Assembly (NCBI GenBank): GCA_963809895.1
Contig: CAWELD010000010.1
Span: 928,001-992,000 of the forward strand
Length of the DNA: 64,000 nucleotides
Direction: 5' to 3'
Source: an uncultured Gemmatimonadales bacterium
GTDB taxonomy: Bacteria; Gemmatimonadota; Gemmatimonadetes; Longimicrobiales; Gaopeijiaceae
Shown: piece by piece, positions 53,092-62,305 of the stretch
How the letters are laid out: each line of letters begins with the position of its first letter
Numbering within the stretch: position 1 is the stretch's first letter
Made by a program: the position numbers and the translations under genes
The notes under the pieces: generated by a model
Databases searched by the model: none
Seen by the model: only the letters and a program-made list of their open reading frames with translations
What the model was told of the DNA's origin: nothing

Positions 53092-53114
53092 GGAACGATT
53101 CCCAGGAAGACAAA

Positions 53115-53132
53115 ATTTAGCCTATCCTAAAT
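53115..53132. promoter_or_regulatory. DtxR-family operator palindrome
   Basis: ATTTAG-CCTATC-CTAAAT, AT-rich, resembles TTAGG/CCTAA DtxR-family boxes, 23 bp upstream of the regulator start. Confidence 0.7.
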
Positions 53133-53241
53133 ATGGTATTCGTCTTTCCAAACACAAGCCCCCTGACGACGCGCTGGCGCCGTCGGGGGGCTGGCGGTCC
53201 ACCGGTTGGTGGCCTGGCGTTGCCCGGAACCCATGTTCCGG

Positions 53242-53403
53242 TCAGACCCTGCGCCGACCCATGAAGAAGCCGAGGATCGCCAGGATCAGAAAGACGAAGA
53301 ACGCGATCTTGGCCAGTCCGGCGGCCGTACCGGCGATTCCTCCGAAGCCGAGCACGGCGGCGATGAGAGCGACGATCAACAGGGTCACGGCGAGACCGAG
53401 CAT
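53242..53403 (-). CDS. DUF1328 (YtjA-like) small membrane protein
   Basis: [51 protein letters not shown]. Confidence 0.93.
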   Translation of the reverse strand: MLGLAVTLLIVALIAAVLGFGGIAGTAAGLAKIAFFVFLILAILGFFMGRRRV

Positions 53404-53483
53404 GAGGCACCTCCTTGGGTTCGATGTCTGTTCGGCCGGGCGGCTCACCGTCCGGCGGGACCCGGGGGTCCGCCCCTTCCACT

Positions 53484-53499
53484 CGCAAGCCACGTGCCG
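53484..53499 (-). promoter_or_regulatory. Sigma54 promoter for DUF1328 gene
   Basis: Minus strand reads CGGCACG-TGGC-TTGCG. Confidence 0.7.
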
Positions 53500-53507
53500 G
53501 GACCGCG

Positions 53508-53523
53508 CGGTACGACCGTTGCA
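53508..53523 (+). promoter_or_regulatory. Sigma54 promoter for pfpI
   Basis: CGGTACG-ACCG-TTGCA. Confidence 0.65.
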
Positions 53524-53573
53524 TCAGTTTAGGATCGAGCGAGAACAGACACACGCACGCCCGGAAGGACACC

Positions 53574-54137
53574 ATGTCTTACGATCTCAGCAACAAGCGC
53601 ATCGCCATCCTCGCCACCGACGGGTTCGAGATGTCCGAGTTGGTCCAGCCCCTCGACGCCCTGAGGGCCTCGGGCGCGAAGGCCGACGTGGTCTCACCGG
53701 CCGAGGGTACCATTCGCGGATGGTCCGGTGGATCCTGGTCGGACCCCGTATCGGTGGACCGCACCCTGGACGAGGCGTCGCACGACGACTACGACGCGCT
53801 CCTGCTCCCCGGCGGTGTCATGAATCCCGACACCCTGCGCATGAACGAAGACGCCGTGCAGTTCGTGCGCGAGTTCTTCCGCGACGGAAAGCCGGTGGCG
53901 GCGATCTGTCACGGGCCCTGGCTCGTCGTCGAGGCCGGCGCGGCGGATGGACGCACCATGACGTCGTATCCTTCAGTGCGAACCGATCTGGAGAACGCCG
54001 GCGCGAACTGGGTGGACGACGAGGTCGTGGTGGATCAGGGGCTGGTGACCAGCCGCAGCCCCCAGGACCTGCCCGCCTTCGTGGACAAGCTCCTCGAGGA
54101 GATCCATGAAGGCGTCCACGCGGGTCAGACGCTGTGA
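53574..54137 (+). CDS. pfpI: PfpI/DJ-1 family (YhbO-like) deglycase/protease
   Basis: IAILATDGFEMSEL, LPGGVMNPD, AICHGPW, TSRSPQDLPAF. Confidence 0.92.
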   Translation: MSYDLSNKRIAILATDGFEMSELVQPLDALRASGAKADVVSPAEGTIRGWSGGSWSDPVSVDRTLDEASHDDYDALLLPGGVMNPDTLRMNEDAVQFVREFFRDGKPVAAICHGPWLVVEAGAADGRTMTSYPSVRTDLENAGANWVDDEVVVDQGLVTSRSPQDLPAFVDKLLEEIHEGVHAGQTL

Positions 54138-54141
54138 CCTG

Positions 54142-55410
54142 TCACAGATAGCCTTCGATGACGCCCACCGCGCCGCCGGCGATCCGTTCCAGCGCGCCGC
54201 GCGCGGCCACCGCTGGGCCGTCCATGGGCTGCGCCTCCGCGACATCGTCGTCGAAGGCGCCGTCCATGGCCGCCACCAGCACCGGGTCGTCCACCGCGAA
54301 GCTGAACTCGAAGCTGAGCCGCAGGGAGCGATGGTCGACGTTGTGCGAGCCGAGCAGCGCGAGCCGGCCGTCGACGGTCACGCTCTTGGCGTGCATCATG
54401 CGCGGTTGGAACTCGTACAGCTCCAATCCTCCCGCCAGGTAGTCGGCGTAGCGGGCCCGGCTTGCCAGCCGGACCAGTCGCGAGTCGTTGGACGGGCCCG
54501 GCAGCAGGACCTGCACGCGCACGCCGCGTGCGACGGCATCGGCCATGGCCCGACGCAGCTCGACGCCGGGGAGGAAGTAGGGAGTGCGGATGCGGACCTG
54601 CTCTCGGGCCGCTCGCAATCCCATCCACAGCGCCAGTCGAAAATGGGAGATTCCGCCACCGGGGCGGTCCAGGAGTGGCACGGCCCGCGCCGAGCCCTCC
54701 GGTGCCTGCCGTGGCGGCGTGCCGAGGAGCAGGACGTCGCCGGTCGCCTGCCGCCAATTCTCGGCAAAGGCGCCCAGGAGGTCGGCGACCGCCGGACCCG
54801 TGACGCGATACTGATCCTCCCGCCAGGGCGGGCCCTCGGGGCCTTCGGCCCATTCGTCCGCCACGCCGACCCCGCCCAGGAACCCCACGGTGCGATCCAC
54901 CACCAGCACCTTGCGGTGGGTGCGCTGATTGAGGCGGTCCAGGGACGGCCGCCCCAGAGGGTGGAAGCGTGCCACCTGGGCCCCGGCCTCCTCGAGGCGG
55001 ACGAGGTCTTCCTGGGCGCCGAAGCTTCCCAGACCGTCCACCAGGACCCGGACCGCCACACCCCGGCGTGCGGCCCGCTCCAGGGCGTCCACAACCCTGG
55101 ACGCCACCCGTCCTCTCCGGAAGAGGTAGGTGAGGAAGTCCACCGACGAGGTGGCCTCCGCGACGGCCGCACCCATGGCCGGAAAGATCTCTCCCGCGTC
55201 ACGCTTGAGCTCGAAGTGGTTGCCCGATCGCACGGGGGCGATGAGGTGCCCTGCCAACGAATCGAGGAGGGTGGCTCCAACCGGGGGATCCCGGGGTATG
55301 ACACGGTCCAGCGCGGGTGGATCGACGCCGGGGCGAGCCACCCAGAACGCGGCGACGACCAGCGCTGCGCCGGCCGCGCCGGCCACCAGCAGAATCAGGC
55401 TCGGCGTCAC
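54142..55410 (-). CDS. cls: Cardiolipin synthase / phospholipase D family
   Basis: Two HKD motifs (HRKVLVVD, HAKSVTVD), TPYF, N-terminal TM helix. Confidence 0.88.
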   Translation of the reverse strand: MTPSLILLVAGAAGAALVVAAFWVARPGVDPPALDRVIPRDPPVGATLLDSLAGHLIAPVRSGNHFELKRDAGEIFPAMGAAVAEATSSVDFLTYLFRRGRVASRVVDALERAARRGVAVRVLVDGLGSFGAQEDLVRLEEAGAQVARFHPLGRPSLDRLNQRTHRKVLVVDRTVGFLGGVGVADEWAEGPEGPPWREDQYRVTGPAVADLLGAFAENWRQATGDVLLLGTPPRQAPEGSARAVPLLDRPGGGISHFRLALWMGLRAAREQVRIRTPYFLPGVELRRAMADAVARGVRVQVLLPGPSNDSRLVRLASRARYADYLAGGLELYEFQPRMMHAKSVTVDGRLALLGSHNVDHRSLRLSFEFSFAVDDPVLVAAMDGAFDDDVAEAQPMDGPAVAARGALERIAGGAVGVIEGYL

Positions 55411-55502
55411 GCGCCGCCTCCGGTTGGCATTACCCTTGCGGGATTCAGCGAGCGTCGTTCAACCAGGTATACCCGTACCCGATTCCAGATGGAGCGCACT
55501 CC

Positions 55503-56189
55503 ATGATTCATAGACGTCCTCGGCTGGCCTCGTGTTCTGCCGCACTGCTCCTTGTGACCCTCGTGGCCGGAGGCTGTGCCAGTTGGAGCAACACCGAGAA
55601 GGGTGCGGCCACCGGCGCCGGCGCCGGTGCCGTCGTGGGCGGGGTCATCGGCAAGGCGGCCGGATCGACGGCCAAAGGAGCCATCCTCGGCGCCGTGGTC
55701 GGAGGCGCCGCCGGCGCCGCCATCGGGCACCAGATGGACGAGCAGGCCGACGAGCTCCAGGACAGCCTGGACAACGCCACCGTGGAACGCGTGGGCGAAG
55801 GCATCCAGGTGACCTTCGATTCCGGGATCCTCTTCGACTTCGATTCCTCCACGCTCCGCCCCGAGGCCAGAGACAACCTCCGAAATCTCGCCGAGAGCCT
55901 GGTGGACTACGAGGGCACCAGGGTTCTCGTGGTGGGTCACACCGACGCGCGGGGCACGGACGAGTACAACCAGGCCCTCTCCGAGCGGCGTGCCACTGCC
56001 GCCCGGGTCTACCTCATGGAGCAGGGCCTGCAGCCGGATCGGATCGAGGCGGTGGGCCGTGGCGAAGCCGAGCCCGTGGCGTCGAACGAGACCGACGAGG
56101 GGCGCCAGCAGAACCGGCGTGTCGAAGTGGCCATCTTCGCCAGCAAGGACATGCAGGCCGAGATGCAGCGTCGCTACGGCGGCGGCTGA
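55503..56189 (+). CDS. OmpA family lipoprotein with glycine zipper
   Basis: Lipobox AGGC, glycine zipper, FDFDS, GHTD, LSERRA, NRRVE. Confidence 0.94.
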   Translation: MIHRRPRLASCSAALLLVTLVAGGCASWSNTEKGAATGAGAGAVVGGVIGKAAGSTAKGAILGAVVGGAAGAAIGHQMDEQADELQDSLDNATVERVGEGIQVTFDSGILFDFDSSTLRPEARDNLRNLAESLVDYEGTRVLVVGHTDARGTDEYNQALSERRATAARVYLMEQGLQPDRIEAVGRGEAEPVASNETDEGRQQNRRVEVAIFASKDMQAEMQRRYGGG

Positions 56190-56238
56190 CGCCAGGAGCC
56201 GTGGGGGGGTCCCGGTGGCGACGCCGGGGCCCGCCGCG

Positions 56239-58476
56239 TCAGGCGCGACTGGACCCGTGGAGAGTCCGTGCCGCCGCCACGATGTCGGCGGTCCGCATCA
56301 GCACGGCATCGGCGGCGGGACCCAGGGGAACGAAGGAATCCCGGGAGCGTACGGAGGCGAGCTGTCCCGCATACCCGGCTTCGGCCAGGTGCGCGATCAC
56401 CGCGTCGGCGATGCCGCCTCCGGTTTGCCGGCACTCGTCGACCACCAACACGCCGGCCGCGCGGGCGGCTTCTCGTCGAATGGCGGTCAGCGGGAGGGGA
56501 TTCAGCCACCGGACGTCCATCACTCGCGTCCTGATCCCGTGATCGCGGTCCAGAATGCGCTGGGCCCGGAGGCTCATGCGCAGACCGTTGGCGTAGCTCA
56601 CCACCAGGATGTCGCCCTCGCCGTGTAGCCCCACCTCGCCGGGCAGGAGGGCTTCACCGGGCGGAGGGTAGTCGCTCAGCCAGGCCCCGTCGCCCTCTTC
56701 GTGCAGATCCTTCTCGTGGTAGAGCGCGATGGGCTCCAGGAAGCACACGACGCGCCCGCACTCCCGGGCCATGGCCAGGGCCCCCCGGAGCAGTCGGACC
56801 GCGTCGTCTCCCCGCGAGGGGGCCACCAACACCAATCCCGGAATGTCCCGCAGGCCCCCGATGCTGTCGTCGTTGTGGAAGTGCCCGCCGAACCCCTTCT
56901 GGTACGCGAAGCTGGCGATGCGAACGACCATGGGGTTCGTGAACTGTCCGTTGCTGAAGAAGGACAGGGAGGCTGCTTCGCCTCTGAGCTGGTCCACGGC
57001 GTTGTGGACGTAGGCCAGATACTGGATCTCCGGAACGGGGAGAAGCCCGAGCAGGCCGGCGCCCTGGGCCAGGCCGAGGATGCTGGTCTCGTCGAGATGC
57101 GTATCCACGACGCGGGTGACGCCGAAGCGCTTCTGCAGCCCGGCCGTGACGTAGTAGACCCCTCCCTTGCGCCCCACGTCCTCGCCGAAGACGAGGATCT
57201 CGGGCCGTCGGAGCATCTCGTCGGCCAGTGCGGCGCTGATGTGGGCGGCCATGGTGCGGCGAACCGGCGAGGTGACTCGCTCGGGAAGCTCTCCCTTCCA
57301 GAACGCCTCGCGGCGCTCGGCGTCCACCGTGGCCGTGGCGGAGGCCCGGACGCGATCCGGATCCCAGGGTGCCAGGGGCGCCATGATCTCCTCGGCCGAC
57401 TCGAGGTGCTCTCGCCCGACGGCCTGGGCGCTGGCCTCGGCCACTCGCTGCTGAACATGGGTCCACAGCAGGCTCAGCGCGTGAGGCGTGGCGGCGCCGG
57501 TCGCCACCAGTTGGCGGGCATTCTGCAGGATGGGGTCTCTGGCCTCTGCGGCCTCGATCTCGGACTGCGTACGGTAGGCGGTTTCGATGTCACTGCCGGC
57601 GTGGCCCCACAGTCGCACGCACACCAGTCTCAGGAAGACCGGCATGCGCAGCGACCGGCAGGTGTCCACGGCCTCCCTGGTGACGTCCCAGATCCGATCC
57701 AGCGAGCCTTCGGCCTCGAAATAGCGCATGTGCGGGAACGACGAGAACGTCTCGCGGATCCAGCGGCGCGGCGTGTCCACGCTGATCCCCAGCCCGTTGT
57801 CCTCGCACACGAAGAGGATGGGCATGGGATTGCCCCGGCGACTGCCGTACCGGGCCGCGGAGAAGCCGCTCAGCGCAGTGGCGTGGTTCGCCGAGGCGTC
57901 GCCGAAGGAGCACATGACGATGCTGTCGTTGGGCAGGCCGGTGTCCACTCCCATGCGGCGGGCGCGGGCGAGGGCGAACGCGGTTCCCACGGCCTTGGGC
58001 AGATGCGAGGCGATGGTGCTCGTCTGCGGCGGCACCCACAGCTCGCGGCTCCCCCACACCTTGTGGCGCCCCTGGCCCACGGGGTCGTCCTTGGCCGCGC
58101 ACAGCGACAGGAGCGTGTCCAGCACCGGATCCGGCGTGTGGCCCCGCCGCGCTCGCGCCATCATGAATCCCCCGGAGCGATAGTGGAGGAAGCAGGGGTC
58201 CGTCGTCTGGAGGAGGGTGCCCACCACCGCGTTCTGCTCGTGCCCCGCGGAGGAAATCGTGTAGAAGCTCTCGCCCAACGCCTTGAGCCGCCGGGCTTCG
58301 GCATCCAGGGCCCGACTGAGGAGCTGGTCTTCGAAGATCTCGAGCGCCTGGCCCACCGTCAGACCGGCGTCGTCGACGAGAGACTCCTGGTGACTCCGTT
58401 GACGAGCCGCTGGCGCGGCCTCCGCCAGGAACCGTTCGAGGTTGCGTTCGGTGACGTTGACGCGTTCGATGCTCAA
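56239..58476 (-). CDS. Fused 2-oxoacid dehydrogenase E1 alpha/beta (ThDP enzyme)
   Basis: HYRS, FGDAS...EDNG ThDP motif, GHAGSD, FGEDVGRKGGVY, EIQY, GGHFHN. Confidence 0.9.
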   Translation of the reverse strand: MSIERVNVTERNLERFLAEAAPAARQRSHQESLVDDAGLTVGQALEIFEDQLLSRALDAEARRLKALGESFYTISSAGHEQNAVVGTLLQTTDPCFLHYRSGGFMMARARRGHTPDPVLDTLLSLCAAKDDPVGQGRHKVWGSRELWVPPQTSTIASHLPKAVGTAFALARARRMGVDTGLPNDSIVMCSFGDASANHATALSGFSAARYGSRRGNPMPILFVCEDNGLGISVDTPRRWIRETFSSFPHMRYFEAEGSLDRIWDVTREAVDTCRSLRMPVFLRLVCVRLWGHAGSDIETAYRTQSEIEAAEARDPILQNARQLVATGAATPHALSLLWTHVQQRVAEASAQAVGREHLESAEEIMAPLAPWDPDRVRASATATVDAERREAFWKGELPERVTSPVRRTMAAHISAALADEMLRRPEILVFGEDVGRKGGVYYVTAGLQKRFGVTRVVDTHLDETSILGLAQGAGLLGLLPVPEIQYLAYVHNAVDQLRGEAASLSFFSNGQFTNPMVVRIASFAYQKGFGGHFHNDDSIGGLRDIPGLVLVAPSRGDDAVRLLRGALAMARECGRVVCFLEPIALYHEKDLHEEGDGAWLSDYPPPGEALLPGEVGLHGEGDILVVSYANGLRMSLRAQRILDRDHGIRTRVMDVRWLNPLPLTAIRREAARAAGVLVVDECRQTGGGIADAVIAHLAEAGYAGQLASVRSRDSFVPLGPAADAVLMRTADIVAAARTLHGSSRA

Positions 58477-58682
58477 GGGGACTCGTTGCGCTCGGGAAAA
58501 CGGTCGACAGCCGGCGCACTACACTATGCGCACCCGCGCGGCAGGCAACCTCCAGAGGCGCGCGAGGCCGGCGTCTTGACGCCTGGGTCTTGCTTCCGCG
58601 CCGCCGTGGAGCAGAATTGAGGATCGAAGAGAAAGTCGGCCCGCGGGTCGACCCCACCCTCGCTCCGGCCGGCAGCTCCGCG

Positions 58683-59132
58683 ATGACGAACCTCACGACC
58701 CCCGAAGATTTCGAGACGGTTCTTCGTTTCGCCTTCGGCATCGCGGACCGCGGCGTGCCCCTTACACTCGTCTCAATGGCCATGGTCTCGCTGGCCGTGG
58801 ACGGCTCCGAGCCCAGCCCGGTGCTCGAGGAGCGCTTGCGGGAGCTGGTGGCCGGCCGTTGCCGGCGCACGGACCGGGTGGCGGCATTGGGCCAGGGCCG
58901 CTTCCGGGCGCTCCTGGCCGTGTGCAACCGCCAGGGCGCCCTCATCTTCGCCGACCGCGTCGTCGAAGCGGTGGAGGACATCCTCGCCGACGCCGGCGTC
59001 ACCCTCGCGTGCGGCGTGGCCACCTGGACACCGGACATGAACGCGCCGGACGAGCTCGTCACGGCGGCGGACCACGCCCTCGAGAGGGCCCGCGAGCTCG
59101 GCGGTGACCGCATCGAGGTCCACGTGGGATGA
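58683..59132 (+). CDS. Stand-alone degenerate GGDEF-domain protein
   Basis: RRTD-RVAAL-GQGRF in place of RxxD-x5-GGDEF, TLACGVA, ADHALERARELGGDR. Confidence 0.72.
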   Translation: MTNLTTPEDFETVLRFAFGIADRGVPLTLVSMAMVSLAVDGSEPSPVLEERLRELVAGRCRRTDRVAALGQGRFRALLAVCNRQGALIFADRVVEAVEDILADAGVTLACGVATWTPDMNAPDELVTAADHALERARELGGDRIEVHVG

Positions 59133-59183
59133 GCGCGCTCCCGGGCTGAGCCCGGCGTGTGAACCGGTCCTGAGGTGAGGTAG

Positions 59184-59215
59184 GACGGCCGACGCTCATC
59201 CGGGCGTCGGCCGTC
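59184..59215. terminator. 12-bp GC hairpin after the GGDEF-like gene
   Basis: gacggccgacgc-N8-gcgtcggccgtc, no U tract. Confidence 0.4.
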
Positions 59216-59329
59216 GTCGTAGCTGGAGCCCCGGAAGGCAGTCACCTGAAATCCCTGGTCGGCATCAACGTACAAAGCTTCAAAGGTTGACGAGACCGAA
59301 GTTCAATCTTCCTCCGACCGGGAGTGTTC

Positions 59330-59803
59330 ATGAATCACCTTCGTTCGATGACCTGGCTCGCCCTCTTCCTGGTGGGCGCCTTCATGGTGGCTTGCGGCGA
59401 CAGCGGAACCGGTCCCGGTGAGGGTGGCGGTGGCGGCGGCGGAGGTGGTGGCGGAGGTGGCGGCGGCGGACCGGTGGTCAAGGCCGATCCGTCGTTCGCC
59501 AACGACATCCAGGAGATCTTCTCCCGACGCGGGTGCACGGACAGCGGTTGTCACGGCGCGGCGCAGTCGGCGGGGCTCGATCTGCGCACCTCGGTGGCCT
59601 GGGAAAACCTCGTCGGTGTCGATGCCATGTCGGAGGACGCCGTGCGGGTCATTCCGGGCAACGCCCAGGACAGCTACCTGGTGATCAAGCTGGAAGGGCG
59701 GCAGTCGGTGGGCGTGCGCATGCCCAATGGGCAGGCGCCTCTGAACGACACCGACCTCACGAACATCCGCAACTGGATCAATCAGGGTGCAAAGAACAAT
59801 TGA
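59330..59803 (+). CDS. Lipoprotein c-type cytochrome with CX4CH motif and poly-Gly tether
   Basis: Lipobox MVAC, 16 consecutive Gly, SFANDIQEIF, CTDSGCH, PGNAQDSYL, RMP, WINQGA. Confidence 0.8.
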   Translation: MNHLRSMTWLALFLVGAFMVACGDSGTGPGEGGGGGGGGGGGGGGGGPVVKADPSFANDIQEIFSRRGCTDSGCHGAAQSAGLDLRTSVAWENLVGVDAMSEDAVRVIPGNAQDSYLVIKLEGRQSVGVRMPNGQAPLNDTDLTNIRNWINQGAKNN

Positions 59804-59810
59804 GGTCGCG

Positions 59811-60449
59811 GTGACCGAGAGACCGTCAGCGGCGATGCGCCGCTGCCCGGGGAGGCTCGTGGTGGTGGCCGCTGTGCTGATGGCGGCCGCCGCCCAGCCC
59901 AGCGGTGCGTCGGCGCAGGAGTACCACGTGGACGTGAATGCCGACAACGTGGTGCGTTTCATCTCCCATGCGACCATCGACGACTTCGAGGGTGTCACGG
60001 GCAAGATCGACGGCTACGTGCTGCTCGACGGCCAGGGGGTGCGCTCCGCCGATACTCCCATCGACGGATCGGAGCTCTACTTCGAGGTCGACCTGGCCTC
60101 TCTGGACACCGGAATCGGCCTACGAAACCGGCACATGCGGGACAACTACCTGGAGGTGGACGAGCATCCCTACGCCTCGTTCAAGGGCACGGTGGACCGG
60201 ATCGAGTCCACCGCCTCGGGCTGGCGCGTCACCTCGTCGGGCACCTTCGGCGTCCACGGCGTGGACCGGGACCGGACGCTGACCTGCGACGCCGCGCCCG
60301 AGGGCGACGGATTCCACGTCCAGTGCGGGTTCCAGGTCCTTCTGTCCGACCACGACATCGAGATTCCCAAGGTCATGTTCCTCAAGCTCGCCAACGAGAT
60401 CCAGCTCGAGCTGGACTTCCACATCGAACTCGCGGGGGCCCAGCCGTGA
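59811..60449 (+). CDS. YceI family lipid/polyisoprenoid-binding protein
   Basis: Signal peptide, LDTGIGLRNRHMRDNYLE, YPYASF-like HPYASF, GTFGVHGV. Confidence 0.88.
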   Translation: MTERPSAAMRRCPGRLVVVAAVLMAAAAQPSGASAQEYHVDVNADNVVRFISHATIDDFEGVTGKIDGYVLLDGQGVRSADTPIDGSELYFEVDLASLDTGIGLRNRHMRDNYLEVDEHPYASFKGTVDRIESTASGWRVTSSGTFGVHGVDRDRTLTCDAAPEGDGFHVQCGFQVLLSDHDIEIPKVMFLKLANEIQLELDFHIELAGAQP

Positions 60450-61309
60450 TGAAGATCCGAGTCCTTCCAGTCCTGTCGAGCGCCCTGGTGGCGGGCATGC
60501 TCCTCCTGCCCCGACCGGCCCGGGCCCAGAACCCCAACTGGCAGCGGAGCGGCGGGCCGACGCAGCCCCGGCTCGCCCTCTTCCACTCGACGCAGGCGGT
60601 GAACCTCCCCACCGCCGAGACGCTGTCGAAGGGCGAATGGCTCTTCGAGATCGCCCATCGTTTCGCGCCCCGTATCTCCGACGCCCAGGACGCGCTCTTC
60701 GGCCTCGACGGGCCGGTCTTTCTGCGGCTGGGTCTGTCGTACGCGTTCTCCGATCGGGGGATGGTCCGTGTAGAGCGCAGCAACCTGCAGGACAACTACG
60801 ACTTCAACCTCAAGCTGAGGGTGCTCGAGCACGCCAGCGACGCGCTTCCGGTCATGGTCGCCGTCTCCGGAGGGCTGGGTTGGAACACCCAGGTGGGCGA
60901 CCGCGACAAGACGGACTCGCGCAACCTCCAGTACTACGGCGAGTTGATCCTGAACACGATGCTGGGTGAGCGCGTGGGCATCGGTCTCGTGCCCTGGGTG
61001 CTCCGCAATCCCGACGTGGAGGCCGAGACGGCGAGCACCACCGCCGGCGTGGGGATCCACGGACAGGTGTACCTGGGCGAGCAGTTCTCCGTGCTCGGCG
61101 AATGGAACGTGAGCGAGTCCGTGGCGGGGATGAGCCACGATGCGGGCACGCTGGGCATCGAGCTCGAGACCGGAGGGCACTTCTTCAAGATCGTGGTGAC
61201 GAACTCGCTCAGGCTGAATCCGTCTCAGTTCCTGGTTGGAGCGGAAGATCCCTTCGAGCCCGACCAGTGGCGCTTGGGCTTCAACATCACGCGGCTGCTC
61301 ACCTTCTGA
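60446..61309 (+). CDS. DUF5777 family outer-membrane beta-barrel
   Basis: FEIAHRF, FGLDG, IELETGGHFFKIVVTNS, C-terminal LGFNITRLLTF. Confidence 0.85.
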   Translation: MMKIRVLPVLSSALVAGMLLLPRPARAQNPNWQRSGGPTQPRLALFHSTQAVNLPTAETLSKGEWLFEIAHRFAPRISDAQDALFGLDGPVFLRLGLSYAFSDRGMVRVERSNLQDNYDFNLKLRVLEHASDALPVMVAVSGGLGWNTQVGDRDKTDSRNLQYYGELILNTMLGERVGIGLVPWVLRNPDVEAETASTTAGVGIHGQVYLGEQFSVLGEWNVSESVAGMSHDAGTLGIELETGGHFFKIVVTNSLRLNPSQFLVGAEDPFEPDQWRLGFNITRLLTF

Positions 61310-61343
61310 GGTGCCGGCGAGGCGCCCGTCGGCGGCCGAATCG

Positions 61344-62297
61344 TCAGCGCCCGCCAGGGCGCCCGGCAGGGAGCTGGAAGACGTCCACGCGGTTCAGGCC
61401 GATGTAGGGTACCGCCACGCGGCGGCGTCGCGTGTCCACGGCGATGTCCGCGGGCGGCCCCGGCAGGCGAACGAACGGATGGCCCGTACCGCCGACGACC
61501 ACCTGCAGCGTGGAGTCGGCCTGGCTGGCGACCACGAGGGCGCCGTCCACGATCTCCACGCCATCGAAGCGCCCACCCGGGGTGCGCGCCGCGGTCACCA
61601 CGTCCGGGGCACCGGGTCGCCAGGCCCGGATGGAGTCCCCTCCCGCCCACGGCACCAGCACCAGGACGCCGGTGCCCGGGTCCCAGGCGATGCCGTTGGG
61701 GCTTCCGAGCTCGGGTCCTTCCAGCGCAACGGTGGCCGCTCCTCCGGCGATCCGATAGACCCGCGAGCGGCCGGTGTCGGTCACGTAGAGCGCGCCGTCG
61801 CCGGCCACGATCAGATCGTTGATGAATCCGGGTTCGAAGGCGGTGAGATCCACGAAGTCCAGGTGCTCACCGGTGCGCCGGTGGAAGGCGTGCACCCCCG
61901 CGGCGTCGGCCACCCACAGGGTGTCGCGGATGAGCGCCATCCCCCTGGGCTCCTGGAGGGGCGCGGACTCGGGTCCGGTGGCCCATTTGCGCTCCTCGAT
62001 GGCGCCGGTCGCGGCCCCGACCCGGGCGATGTAGCCGTCGTTGGCACCTTCCTCGTCGCTGCTGCCGAAGTTGCTCACGAACCAGACGTCCTGATCCGGG
62101 TCGTACTTGACCGCCTCGGGACCCTCCAATCCCTCCACGCTCATGAGGCGGTCCTCGGGCGACTGAAGCTGGTCCCAGCCGGACCCGTCGCCGGTTTCGG
62201 AATCGGCGTCGGACGTGGGGCCACACGCCGCCGCGGCGAGTGCCGTGACGAGGGCCGCCCCAACGGCGATGCGCGCGCTCCGTGGGTTCACGTCCAC
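61344..62297 (-). CDS. SMP-30/gluconolactonase-like beta-propeller lipoprotein
   Basis: Lipobox AAAC, GPEAV, PRGM, FINDL, YVTDTG, PNGI, FDGVE, PADI. Confidence 0.8.
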   Translation of the reverse strand: MDVNPRSARIAVGAALVTALAAAACGPTSDADSETGDGSGWDQLQSPEDRLMSVEGLEGPEAVKYDPDQDVWFVSNFGSSDEEGANDGYIARVGAATGAIEERKWATGPESAPLQEPRGMALIRDTLWVADAAGVHAFHRRTGEHLDFVDLTAFEPGFINDLIVAGDGALYVTDTGRSRVYRIAGGAATVALEGPELGSPNGIAWDPGTGVLVLVPWAGGDSIRAWRPGAPDVVTAARTPGGRFDGVEIVDGALVVASQADSTLQVVVGGTGHPFVRLPGPPADIAVDTRRRRVAVPYIGLNRVDVFQLPAGRPGGR

Positions 62298-62305
62298 CTC
62301 CGGGC

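Noticed and set aside
676..53560. ACACGCAC occurring upstream of three RBSs (~678, ~38548, ~53551)
   Set aside because: Too short to distinguish from chance or generic unstructured leader sequence.
59155..59250. SRP-RNA-like CCGGAAGGCAG
   Set aside because: The conserved CAGG/AGCA internal loop and the long enclosing stem are missing.
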